From Azolla caroliniana (lineage: Eukaryota > Plantae > Polypodiophyta), in NCBI GenBank assembly GCA_043228905.1, contig JBHGNT010000018.1, forward strand, positions 7,564,001 to 7,628,000: a DNA stretch of 64,000 bases, in the 5' to 3' direction. Below the pieces are notes generated by a model. The model saw only the letters and a program-made list of their open reading frames with translations, was not told the DNA's origin and did no database searches. Positions 53,401 through 64,000 of the stretch are shown here, piece by piece (position 1 is the first letter of the stretch; every line of letters starts with the position of its first letter). A program made the position numbers and the translations under genes.

Positions 53401-53633
53401 ACACACCCGTCGATGGCTTCAACTGGAATGGGTTTTGAGAGGCCAACGACAGGTACGCCATGTGCTTGGGCAAATGCGACGTCGATGAAGCAAGAAGATG
53501 CCCCAGAATCAAGTAAAGCGACAGACTGAATGGAACTAGAGTTAAACGAAAGCCATACCTCCAATGTGAAATTGCCTGATGGTCCGGCAATGGAACCAAG
53601 AGAATGTGGGCGAAGGGAGATGTCCAGTTGCAT
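50446..53633 (-). pseudogene. Chromovirus pol (PR-RT-RH-IN-chromodomain), one nonsense codon and an integrase core deletion
   Basis: TGA at 52629-52631 in KTAFRT*YGHFEY. The integrase jumps from VDRFTKMAHF..KTISGEG to IHPRF. C-terminal EYEVDQILDSR...YLVLWRGY...TWEP chromodomain. Confidence 0.9.
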
Positions 53634-53638
53634 GGCTC

Positions 53639-54655
53639 CTACTGCAACCGAACGATGTCGTTTTCCGGATGTTGGGGTCCGTTAGCTCTATGGAATTGTG
53701 GGCGAGTACTCCTAGGACAATGGCGAACGACATGACCGGAGGCGCCACAATACATGCACAAGCCATTAGCCCGCCGAAATTGTCGTTCAACATCAGTCAA
53801 TGGTCGAAATCGGGCTTGATCAATTTCCATGGGGACAGGAGCATCTGCCGAAGTAGGCGAGTGTGAGGATGCTTGGGTTTGTATGACCGGGGCGTGGCGT
53901 GGAAGTGAATGAGGTGGGAACCAAGTCCGGCGCTCTTCTTGGCGAAATTCGAAAAGACGATTGTCACAATGGACTGCTTGTGAAATCGCTTGGGATAACG
54001 AGGTGGGCTCCGGAAAGTTTAAGAGAAGATTCTTGACATTGCTTTGAAGACCGCGCCGAAAGTGATCAGCTAAAGCTTGATCATCCCAATTGACGTCGCA
54101 TGCTAGTTGTCGAAATTCGGAAGCATAGACCGAAGCTGCACGTGAACCTTGTTCGAGTGCATAAATCTTGTTAAGAGCTGTACGTCGTCGGTCCGTCTCT
54201 CCAAATGTGGCCTCTAACTCGGCGAGGAAGGCGGGAAAGTCCTCCAATAAAGGTGATGAGGTTTCTACCAATGGTGCAAACCAAGCTTGGGCCGGACCGG
54301 AGAGAAGGGTGCCCACAAGGCCGACTTGTCGAAGACCATCTCCATAACGTTGAGGTTGTAGCCGAATGATAAGTCGAACTTGGTTGATGAACCCTCGGAA
54401 ACGCGACCTCGTTCCATCAAATTTTTCTGGGAGGCTAACCTTAGGCTCAAGAAACTGTGACGAAGCTAGGCTAGATGTTGGTAGAAGATCGGGCTCTAGG
54501 CTAGGTTGTTGTGGGAGACTAGGGTTCGGGGGTTGTGAGGATAGGGAGGTACCGACTTGAAGTTCTTGTAAAGAATTTCGAAGAGCTTCATTTTCAAGCT
54601 GTAGTTGTCGTAAGGCTACCATTATTTGGCCTAACTCACTAGTTGAGTCGGACAT
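53639..54655 (-). CDS. Chromovirus gag (intact, 338 aa)
   Basis: [26 protein letters not shown] and [14 protein letters not shown] motifs. Confidence 0.92.
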   Translation of the reverse strand: MSDSTSELGQIMVALRQLQLENEALRNSLQELQVGTSLSSQPPNPSLPQQPSLEPDLLPTSSLASSQFLEPKVSLPEKFDGTRSRFRGFINQVRLIIRLQPQRYGDGLRQVGLVGTLLSGPAQAWFAPLVETSSPLLEDFPAFLAELEATFGETDRRRTALNKIYALEQGSRAASVYASEFRQLACDVNWDDQALADHFRRGLQSNVKNLLLNFPEPTSLSQAISQAVHCDNRLFEFRQEERRTWFPPHSLPRHAPVIQTQASSHSPTSADAPVPMEIDQARFRPLTDVERQFRRANGLCMYCGASGHVVRHCPRSTRPQFHRANGPQHPENDIVRLQ

Positions 54656-57600
54656 AGCTATGGCTTATGAGAGGGAGAGCTATGAGGATGGGAAGGTGAA
54701 CAAACTGTCACGGATCATAAACTCAAGAGACAATGAAGAAGATAACCAAATGGACAAGAAAGAAGATAGTACTAAAGGAAAGACTCCATAACTGATGTTG
54801 TTCACCTTGAATTCCTTCAAGGTGAACTCCTCTATTTATACTACATGGCATGCATACTTGTTGCACGCATGTGAATCTACAATAGAGCATGTAGGTATGC
54901 ATGCATGTGCCAAGTGTAAATACTACAAGGGAGCAACTATGCACATGATGCTAGCAAAATAATAAGGAACAATTACATACATAACTAGTACTAGATATCT
55001 TGGTTAACTCATAATAGTAGATTACAACATGGTCATGTCAAGAGTTCGAATCTTGACAGTTATTAGGCATTTCCTCGGGTACAATAAGACAGCATTTGCG
55101 AAGGTTGAAGTAATGCTGGAAATCTTCTGTGTCCACAATCAATGTATTGTCGACATTATATTCAGGCCAGGTATCCCCCCCCAAAAAAAGTCTTTTGAAT
55201 CTTGCAATATCCTTCTGTTCAAATTTTTCTTGTGTCCACTAACCCTTCAAAAGTTGTTGCCACTTTGGGAAGAATCTTTCTACACACTTCCACACATCTA
55301 TATGTGGTTTTTCACTCCAAATAAAGAAATGAAAGTACTGCACAACCCATGACAGAAATTGATTTGTGTCCCTCTTTGGTGTCATATATCGCACACTCAT
55401 CAAGACTTTATCAAGCTCCATGATCAAGAATCTTCTTTCTTTTTCTAATGGTTTAGGTTTCCATTCATGCAATTGAGCCTCTATTACACCAAGTCTTGGT
55501 AGCACGCGATCAATTTCAATTAACTCATGTTCTATTGACACAATTGGTGTCCTTTTCCTCTTCAAACCCCTGGTCGACTGTGTCATTGGGTTTGGCTTCA
55601 CCCTCTTTTGCTCTTGTGTAGTCGTTGGGCGTGGCTTCACCTTGTTTTGCTCTTGTATACTTGACTGTGTCGTTGGGCCTGGTATTGGATTTGTGCATGT
55701 AGATACTTCTCTAGTCGATATCAGCCCACTAGTATCACATGTTGCATCTACCTGCAAAATCAGCTCATCTCCACAACATGCGTGATCTACTTGCGTGACT
55801 AGATCATCTGTGTCAATTGCTACATCTACTTTTGTTGAGATAAAAGTTCCTTCAACTCCCCCTTGACCTTAGTCCCCGCGACTTCGCCGCACGAACCACA
55901 ACTACCCCGACAACGTCTTGGTCCTACAAGATGCACCAGTACCTACTCGGGCACGGTTACTAGAGCTATGTCGACGGAGCAAATGACACAGCAGCCGAAT
56001 TGATACACAAAGATTTCTTGGTGTGGGAACAGTTGGCGAGCAAAGTATTGTACTGCTTTGCGTCTTGTGTGGGTGAACAACTCCTAAGCTACATTCGGGA
56101 TACAAAAACACCGAAAGATGCTTGGGGAAATCTGAAGAAGATTTTTGCCACAAGCACTACAACTAGGAAGCTTCAACTCCGACAGGAGCTGAGCAACCTA
56201 CGACAATGCGATTTGTCGGTGGTTGATTACACCTCGAAGATCAAAGATATATGTGACTCCTTAGCCTCCATCGATGTGAACGTAGCGGAAGGCAAGATGG
56301 TGCAGATCTGTCTCGGGGGACTGGCCTTGAAGTTCAGAGCATTCCGAATTGCTGTGTGTACACGGGAGAATACGCCATCGTTTTTCGACCTACAGTCGAT
56401 GCTCCTTATAGAGAAGAACCACGCGGGTGCGTCGACGAGCACGCATGCCGACATCAAGATGTTTTACACGGAGGGAGAGAGGCCCCGTGGTCGTGGCGGA
56501 CGAGGCGAGTCAGTGCGCAATGGAGGCAGCTGACGGGATCAAGGACGAAGGCACCGAAGTGATGCTGACAACAATTCCAGACCCTTCGGAAATAGAGGGA
56601 GTCGAGGCGACGAGAATCGGCAAGGGAAATCCGTTGCGGAATGTTGGTACTGTGGCAAGAAAGGCCACAAGGAGAGCGAGTGCTGGAAGAAGCGCGCCGA
56701 TTGAGAGAGGACCGGATCTGGATCAGGCTCTGGACAAACCGACAAAGGAAATTAGCAACGATCGCACTACGTCGCAGGGTCCGGAAAAGCCGGAAAAGGG
56801 TCAGCCTTCGTGAAGAGACACAAAGCGAACTCTAAGAAGATGTCCACCCCGAAATCGGACAAGGTGTGGTACGTTGACTCCGGTGCGTCAAACCACATGA
56901 CGTGCCACAAGGAGTGGTTCTCGTACCTGGAAAAACCGATGCAACCGAGAGTAGTCGCAATCGGAGACGACACTCTGCATCCGATCGCGAATATCGGTGA
57001 AGTTCCCTTGAGCCATGTCGGGCAGAAAGGGAAACTTATGAACGTGTTACACGTCCCCACAATCACAAAGAATCTAGTGTCGGTCGGGCAGATCGTCGAC
57101 CAGGGGATGCAAGACTGGTTCACGCATCTCGGATGCTTCATCAAAGAAGAAGGCCGAGTTATTGCGCAAGGGCGCAGAGACAGGAGGATGTTTATCCTCG
57201 ACTCTAGTGGCGGTGACACCACAATGTTCACGAAAGGACAAAAAGTTGAGTCGGATATCGACTTATGGCACAAGCGGATAGGCCACGTCAACTATCAACG
57301 GCTTCAAGACTTGCAATCGAAATAGGTGGTGTTCGGATTGCCCAAATTTAGTGGCCGGAAGGCACGAATTTGTGAAGCCTGCTAACTCGGGAAGCAACAC
57401 CGACTTCCTTTCCCCAACGAGCATAACCGGAGCCAAAACAAGCTTGACTTGATACATTCCGATGTATGGGGGCCGACATAGAACGTTAGTCTTGGCGGGA
57501 GTCGATATTTTGTCTCCTTCATCAACGACTATACACGGCACACGTGGATCTATCTCATCGTGAAGAAGAGTGAAGTCTTCGACTGTTTCCGGGACCTCAA

Positions 57601-60351
57601 AGGGTTCATGGAAATGGAAACAGGACGAAAGATCAAGTGCCTGCAGTCGGATGGCGGAAAAGAATACTTTTCCGGTCAATTCAATGGCTATCTGCAACAA
57701 ATGGGAATTCGGCGCGAATTCAGTTGTAGATACACGCCGGAGCAAAATGGTGTGGCCAAGAGGAAGAACCGGTTCATTGTAGAAGCAGCAAGGGCAATGT
57801 TGGAGGAGAAGAGCTTGCCCAAGTTCTATTGGGCTGAGGTGGTACGGACTGCAGTATACATCCAGAATCGGATCGGAGACAAAGTGTCGGTGCATGAGCA
57901 GTATTTCGGAAGGAAGCCGAATCTATGACACTTGAGAGTTTTCGGTAACATTGCGTATGTGCATGTACTGAAAGAGAAACGAAGGAAGTTGGACGCGAAA
58001 GCCAAGAAGTGTATCTTGGTCGGCTACTCAGACGAGCAGAAGGGTTATAAGTGTTATAACCCTCGCACCAAACAAGCGTGCGTGAGCCGTGACGTTGTGT
58101 TTGATGAGTCCACATCCTGGTACTTGCCTCCGACTCCGGACCTCGCCTCCAATCCGAGCTCCAATGATGAGGTCAGCGAGGCCAAGATGCCTCCGGATGA
58201 GCCTGAAATCGGGACCCGCGAAGAGAGTCCAATTTCATTTCAGTTAAGCGGACCTGATGGACGACTGAGTCGGTTCGACCAGTCCGATGAAGAGCCGGCG
58301 AGTAGTGGAGACTCGACCGTGCATTCCCCGTGCAAGAAGCCGAGGAGACGGCTTACGCGCAAATAAAAAGGGAAGAAGAAGGTGTCGGATTACGGCACGG
58401 AGAGGAACGAGTCGTATCGACGCGAGTCCGACTCTAAGGGAAGTGACGACGGGTCTATGAGAGCGAAGTCCGCGTCGGCCATGAAAGCCTCAACATCGGC
58501 TAATGAGCAATTACGCCGATATACCCGCCAGAAGAACCCTGTTGTGTGGTTAGGTTACAATGAGTACATGGCACATCACTATGCATACATGACGCGTGTA
58601 GCGGAAGTGTGAGCCGAAGAGCTACGCAGAAGCAGCGAAGGACGCGAATTGGCGTGCCGAAATCGAGGAAGAGATGCACGCATTGGAGGAGAATGAAACT
58701 TGGGACCTGATTGACGCACCGAAAGGTGTGAAGCCGTTAGGATGTAGGTGGGTGTACAAGGTCAAGTACAACACTGACGGTTTGGACAACTCCTACACGC
58801 AGAAACACGGCATCAACTACGATGAGACATTTTCGCTGGTCGCGAAGATGACGACCGTCCGTGTTTTGCTTGCGGTCGCTGCGGCAAAGGGGTGGGATTT
58901 ACATCAGATGGATGTAAGGAATGCGTTCTTGCAACGTGAGCTTGAGGAACAGGTGTACATGGTACAACCCCCCGGATTTTACTCCGGAACGAACACTTCG
59001 GCGGTGTGCCGATTGAAGAAGTTCCTTTACGGACTAAAGCAAGCCCCACGTGCCTGGAACGCGAAGATCACGTAACGATAGCGTCAGATGGGCTTTGTGA
59101 TGTCAAAATCGGACTCCTCACTGTTCATCCGGAAAGGTCGACTCGGGCCGGTTAGTATTCTACTTTATGTTGATGACTTGGTCATCACTAGCGCTGACCT
59201 AGGTGAGATAGACCGCGTGAAGCTCCAGCTCGCGGCATCATTCGCCATGAAGGATCAGGGGGACCTTCATTACTTCCTTGGGATCAAAGTGATCCGTACC
59301 CCCGAAGGCATATTGATGAGACAACGTCATTACGCGCTGAATATGCTCTTCAAATTCGGGATGGCCAACTGTAAGTCCGTCTCAACTCCTCTGGATAGAA
59401 CCGTCAAGCTTCGCTCCGATTCTGGAAAGTGATGCGACCCGACGAGGTTCCGATAGATAGTGGGAAGCCTTATATACTTGACCATCACCCGACCAGATCT
59501 CAGCTACCCGGTCAGGGTGATTAGTTAGTTCATGGTGCGACCGACCGAGGAGCACCTTCAGTGTGCACAACATGTACTCCGGTATGTTAGTGACACTAAG
59601 GACCAGGGGCTACTATATCGGGCCGATACTGCTTCGCAGTTGGTCGGTTACACCGATGCTGATTGAGCTGGAAACGCCGGCGATTGCTGATCCACATCCA
59701 GTTTCGCATTCTCTCTCGGGAGTGCCACCATCACGTGGAGTAGCAAGACGCAACCGGTAGTTGCGCTATCGAGCACCGAAGTCGAGTATAGAGGAGCGGC
59801 TGTTGCGACATGCGAACTATATGGTTGAAGTGGCTACTTAAGGATCTGCAGGTGGAGGTATATGATCCAATGACAATGTACTGCGACAACCTCAGCAACA
59901 TCCAACTAGCTAAGAACCCTATCTTCCACGCCCAGACTAAGCACATTGAGGTGCACTACCATTTCGTCCGTGAGCATGTCCTCTTCGGTGAAGTCGAACT
60001 TCAGTATGTTCCGACGGATCGGCAGAACGCCAACATCTTCACCAAGCCTCTTGGTCTGGACAAGTTCCGACAATTCTCGGGTGCGCTTGGGTTGCGTTAC
60101 CTCAACGTGCCGAACTTGAGAGGGAGAGACGGGACGAATGACCACAGAAGAGGGAGAGAAGTTCCGGAAGATGAAGACCGCGGTGCCGAGTCGGATGACG
60201 AATTCAATTTCGGATTGGCTGAAGAAGCCGAGGGCGGACCCGTGGAAGATTCCGGTGTCGTAGTGTATTTTGTACACTACGTGAAAAACGTATATAGTAT
60301 TAGATTCAATAAAAAATGAAGAAATAGAAGAAAATAGCAAAATAAATGGAA

Positions 60352-60427
60352 CATGCATAGGGCAAGATTCGAACCTTGCACCTCCATGTTAATAATGTAA
60401 TGTCTTACCATTACACTAGCATTTCAT
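60352..60427 (-). promoter_or_regulatory. tRNA-like Pol III internal promoter (A and B boxes) inside the LTR; second copy at 63140-63215
   Basis: Minus strand TAGTGTAATGGTAAG...GGAGGTGCAAGGTTCGAATCTTGC shows an A box, a B box at tRNA spacing, and a GCAAG/CTTGC T-arm-like stem. Acceptor and anticodon arms do not pair. Confidence 0.55.
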
Positions 60428-61020
60428 TAGTGTTAAAGCATAGATGTCCCACATAGAAAGGTAAATTCACACTAGGATAAACATTAGAAAAACGCATAAC
60501 AAAAGAAAAAGCTACACATACACATCTAGCGTGAATGATAAAAAACGCACAAGTTAGAAAAAACATGATCACTTTAGATAAAGCATATAGTCTATCTATA
60601 GGAAAAGCATGGGGTCTATAGTTAGAGAAAAAGCATGGATTACTAAGACTTCCTCATCACTACATAAGGATGGGAAGCACAATGTAATTGTGTGTGAAAA
60701 ATATTTGGAAACTGGATATGTTTCTAAAAAACACCAATTAATAAACTATACTCGTGGGATTCACGAGAATTCTATATCATTCTCTTTCAACCGAAGTTTA
60801 TATTCTTATATTCATATTGATTAATCTAATACAATACACTTGTGGGATTCACGAGTTTGCTATAACTCTTTCTTACAACATATTTATATTCTTATTAGCC
60901 TTAAAACTCTCCTCTTCCTAGTCCAAAACCCCAGCGGTTCCCACCCGACTCACGCAACGATCTGGCGCCGAAAGGCACGACACAGTTGGTGAACCCGACG
61001 TGAAGGCGGGTGGCAAGGAG

Positions 61021-63042
61021 ATGGAGAATCAACAAGAGGCGATGAACATGATGATGATAATGTTTGAGCGGATGCAACAAGAACAACGTGCGATGTCGGA
61101 GATGAAGGCGGCAGTAGAGCGGCTTCTGCGACGAAACGGGGAATTCAACGGTAAGGGTGTGTCACGCTACCTACGTGAATATAAGGCGGAGATGATGCAA
61201 TATCGGATACCGGAAGGATTGCAAGTGATATCCTTTAGTCGGGTGGCCTCGGACGAACTACAAGAGAGAATCCACAAGATACAACAACAAAACTCGACAT
61301 GGGAGTCCTTTGAAGAAGCTTTACGGGAGGCATATGACTATGAGAGATGGACGGGACGAGATCGACGAGAATTCGACGAATGGGTGGCGTCGGAGAAGAC
61401 TCACCGAAGTGCAACGCAAGCGTTCCTAGAGTTCGAGCATTGTTTTGCTCAACTCTCGGAGCGGGAACAACGGTTGGTGGGGGAGGATAAAGTCCTAATG
61501 TTCGTAAAATCGATCGATCGAAAAGAAAGGATGGACATCGGGATCGAACTCGAAGACGATGACGGTACGAATGGTCTTACCGAGGATTGGGCTAAAGTCG
61601 AAAGGGTATGCCGAAGACATGATGAAAGGAAGCTGAGAATCTCGTCAACAACGACATGGCCCATGAAGGATGGTCGATTGAGGAAAAACGATGAAGCCAA
61701 TATGAAGGCCGAAATACAACATGATGGTACCACGGGAGAAAGAGTGGAACAAGACACCCACTCGTCTTGTGAAAGAACGATGGCGAAGGATAAGGCCGAT
61801 AATTCAAGTGTAGAAGGAAATTTCGGGATACAAGTGCCCGAGACATCGGGTCAAAAAGGGGTAAGCATAATAGATGTTTGCATAATTGATGCAGATAAAG
61901 AGTGTGAAGCGGATGTGATTAAGGAGGTAGCCACAAAAGACGAAATCGAATCGGAGGTGGCTATGGACGAATCAATGGCGGATTGCCATATCGAGACTTC
62001 CCCACCACTGATTCCAGAGACTCCGGCGGTTGCGATCGAAAGGCAACGTGAGACCGAAGAGACGGAAGGTGGCGGAGAGAAAACGAATGTCGAAGCCGAC
62101 GAATACGATGAAGAGATAGCCGAGAAGAATGCTAAGGGTGAAACTACGAAAGAAGGTAATACCGAGGATTCATGCCAACAATATCTAGAGACTTCGGCGG
62201 TTGTGTCCGAGAACCAACGTGAGACCGAAGAGACGGGAGATGGCGGCGAGGAAGGTAAAGTCGGAAGTCGGTTCGGATGGAAAATGATCCATCCGAAATT
62301 CCAATCTAAAAGAAAGTGCGACAATGCGGAGGTCGGGTCTACGACGGGAGAAGCGCGTAATACAGAGCACGCTCTACGGCGAATAAAGAAACGCGTGTTA
62401 TGGCGAATAAAGAAGCACGCGCTACGACGAGAAAAGAAGCATGCATTACAACCACACGAGGACCGAACAACGAGCACATATCGGAGGACCTACGTGGCGA
62501 ACAACGGAAAGAAGTGCCGAAAGTCGAACCGGACAAGGCAGGTGAAAACGAAGAAAAGAAAGCAAATCCGGACGAAAAGAAAAGAAAAGAAACCGACCCG
62601 AAAGAGCACTGAATCGGTAAAAACCGATCAACCGAGTCCAGATCGACCGAATACAAATCGGAAAGGAAGCCGAACTAAACGAAAGACGATCCGACGAGAC
62701 CGAATCGGAAGTAAGCTAATCCGACTAAACCGAAAATCCGAAAAGAAGTCGAGATTGATGAAGAAAAGAAAGAGGGCAAGAAAAGATACTACCGCGGATG
62801 ACAAGGACCAAGCGGGCCATGCAAAAAGCGAACGAAGACTATGGTGGATCGGATGGCGACAATGGTTCGGGTGGAAAGAATGGATGTGCTCCAAATGGAG
62901 AGACAAAGTCAACATAACAAGAGAAGTCGAGGGTACTACGAGCCGGCAACGAAACCAATCGGGTAGAGACCGGACGGAGGAGACTAACAAACACCAACAA
63001 CTTCGGCACATACCGGAGGATGTGCGGGTTTGGAGGGGGTGA
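61021..63042 (+). CDS. Gag-like protein with acidic and Lys/Arg-rich tails (~673 aa)
   Basis: Single open frame filling the internal region. The N-terminal FNGKGVSRYL...EFEHCFAQLS...KVLMFVKSID...LTEDWAKVERVC is homologous to the gypsy gag at 3060-3439 and ~9000-9200. Confidence 0.85.
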   Translation: MENQQEAMNMMMIMFERMQQEQRAMSEMKAAVERLLRRNGEFNGKGVSRYLREYKAEMMQYRIPEGLQVISFSRVASDELQERIHKIQQQNSTWESFEEALREAYDYERWTGRDRREFDEWVASEKTHRSATQAFLEFEHCFAQLSEREQRLVGEDKVLMFVKSIDRKERMDIGIELEDDDGTNGLTEDWAKVERVCRRHDERKLRISSTTTWPMKDGRLRKNDEANMKAEIQHDGTTGERVEQDTHSSCERTMAKDKADNSSVEGNFGIQVPETSGQKGVSIIDVCIIDADKECEADVIKEVATKDEIESEVAMDESMADCHIETSPPLIPETPAVAIERQRETEETEGGGEKTNVEADEYDEEIAEKNAKGETTKEGNTEDSCQQYLETSAVVSENQRETEETGDGGEEGKVGSRFGWKMIHPKFQSKRKCDNAEVGSTTGEARNTEHALRRIKKRVLWRIKKHALRREKKHALQPHEDRTTSTYRRTYVANNGKKCRKSNRTRQVKTKKRKQIRTKRKEKKPTRKSTESVKTDQPSPDRPNTNRKGSRTKRKTIRRDRIGSKLIRLNRKSEKKSRLMKKRKRARKDTTADDKDQAGHAKSERRLWWIGWRQWFGWKEWMCSKWRDKVNITREVEGTTSRQRNQSGRDRTEETNKHQQLRHIPEDVRVWRG

Positions 63043-64000
63043 GTGTCGTAGTGTATTTTGTACACTACGTGAAAAACGTATATAGTATTAGATTCAATAA
63101 AAAATGAAGAAATAGAAGAAAATAGCAAAATAAATGGAACATGCATAGGGCAAGATTCGAACCTTGCACCTCCATGTTAATAATGTAATGTCTTACCATT
63201 ACACTAGCATTTCATTAGTGTTAAAGCATAGATGTCCCACATAGAAAGGTAAATTCACGCTAGGATAAACATTAGAAAAACGCATAACAAAAGAAAAAGC
63301 TACACATACACATCTAGCGTGAATGATAAAAAACGCACAAGTTAGAAAAAGCATGATCACTTTAGATAAAGCATATAGTCTATCTATAGGAAAAGCATGG
63401 GGTCTATAGTTAGAGAAAAAGCATGGATTACTAAGACTTCCTCATCACTACATAAGGATGGGAAGCACAATGTAATTGTGTGTGAAAAATATTTGGAAAC
63501 TGGATATGTTTCTAAAAAACACCAATTAATAAACTATACTCGTGGGATTCACGAGAATTCTATATCATTCTCTTTCAACCGAAGTTTATATTCTTATATT
63601 CATATTGATTAATCTAATACAATACACTTGTGGGATTCACGAGTTTGCTATAACTCTTTCTTACAACATATTTATATTCTTATTAGCCTTAAAACTCTCC
63701 TCTTCCTAGTCCAAAACCCCAGCGGTTCCCACCCGACTCACGCAACGATCTGGCGCCGAAAGGCACGACACCGGAAGCAGACATAAGGGGAGTGGTCAGA
63801 AGAGAGAGCCGAAGCCAACCAAGGGCGAGAAAACCGAGGACGAATTGGAGACAACCAACTCGGACGAGAGCGAAAACCGATTGGAGGAAGCCGAGTCGGT
63901 TCAGATGTTTGATTCAGATACGCTAAATCAACCAAGGGCCAAGCGGAAGAGATGGCAGCAGAAGAGAAGCCAACACTGCAACAACAAGGAGGCTGAGAAG

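Larger units (their letters stand above)
50090..55058 (-). mobile_element. Young Ty3/gypsy chromovirus (Tcn1-like), TSD GTTAT
   Basis: 353-bp LTRs 50090-50442 and 54706-55058 with 2 differences seen. TSD GTTAT at 50085-50089 and 55059-55063. PPT AAGAGGGGGGATAA. Gag, PR (LLDSGAS), RT (YLDD), RH (TDAS), integrase with an internal deletion, and a chromodomain. Confidence 0.97.
49986..55800 (-). pseudogene. FCP1/NIF-like HAD phosphatase-homology ORF, split by the chromovirus insertion
   Basis: 55757-55059 reads LIMELDKVL...QFLSWVVQYFHFFIWS...KG*WTQE...FKRL...WPEYNVDNTLIVDT...NLRKCCLIVP. It continues in frame after the TSD at 50084-49986 (YLVKTLTYQLTAWLW...RA*). Confidence 0.55.
60256..63770 (+). 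mobile_element. Young gag-only non-autonomous LTR element (TR-GAG-like), tRNA-Trp PBS, 4-bp TSD CCGG
   Basis: 727-bp LTRs 60256-60982 and 63044-63770 with 2 differences seen. PBS TGGTGAACCCGACGTGAA at 60987-61004, complementary to the plant tRNA-Trp 3' end. PPT GGAGGGGG before 63044. CCGG at 60252-60255 and 63771-63774. Confidence 0.95.
55890..64000 (+). mobile_element. Degenerate Ty1/copia (5'-truncated), interrupted at 60256-63770, continuing past the window end
   Basis: Gag, CWYCGKKGHKESEC, WYVDSGASNH, integrase (SDGGKEY, TPEQNGVA), RT (YVDDL) and RNase H to ~60120. Same family as the 42130 element. Confidence 0.92.

Noticed and set aside
60352-60427. Functional tRNA gene
   Set aside because: Acceptor and anticodon stems do not pair; only the A/B boxes and a T-arm-like stem remain.

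Overview
Repeat-dense eukaryotic DNA from a land plant, probably a non-seed plant (inferred from a Tcn1-type chromovirus and the plant-type intron structure of SHMT). One host gene is recognisable: a 15-exon mitochondrial-type serine hydroxymethyltransferase (22531-33984, +). It has lost part of its active-site loop, but the frame can be restored through a new splice acceptor. Two orphan 3' exons of a phytepsin-type aspartic protease lie at about 20624-20881. The rest is mostly nested transposable elements: several degenerate Ty1/copia copies, a young self-priming Ty3/gypsy chromovirus (50090-55058), a gypsy gag-protease relic, two related tRNA-Trp-primed gag-only elements, a LINE 3' fragment, a CACTA end, and a Sola-like DDD transposase relic facing an FCP1/NIF-like ORF. 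The most unusual signals are three. (1) Two non-autonomous LTR elements with dissimilar LTRs (3572-5912 and 35585-38474) have no polypurine tract; in its place each has a second, oppositely oriented tRNA-Arg primer-binding-like site with a shared motif, suggesting tRNA-primed plus-strand synthesis or RNA circularisation. (2) The Trp-primed gag-only elements carry an antisense tRNA-like (Pol III A/B box) module inside their LTRs. (3) The SHMT may be a frame-rescued pseudo-enzyme. All calls were made by eye; no database searches were run.
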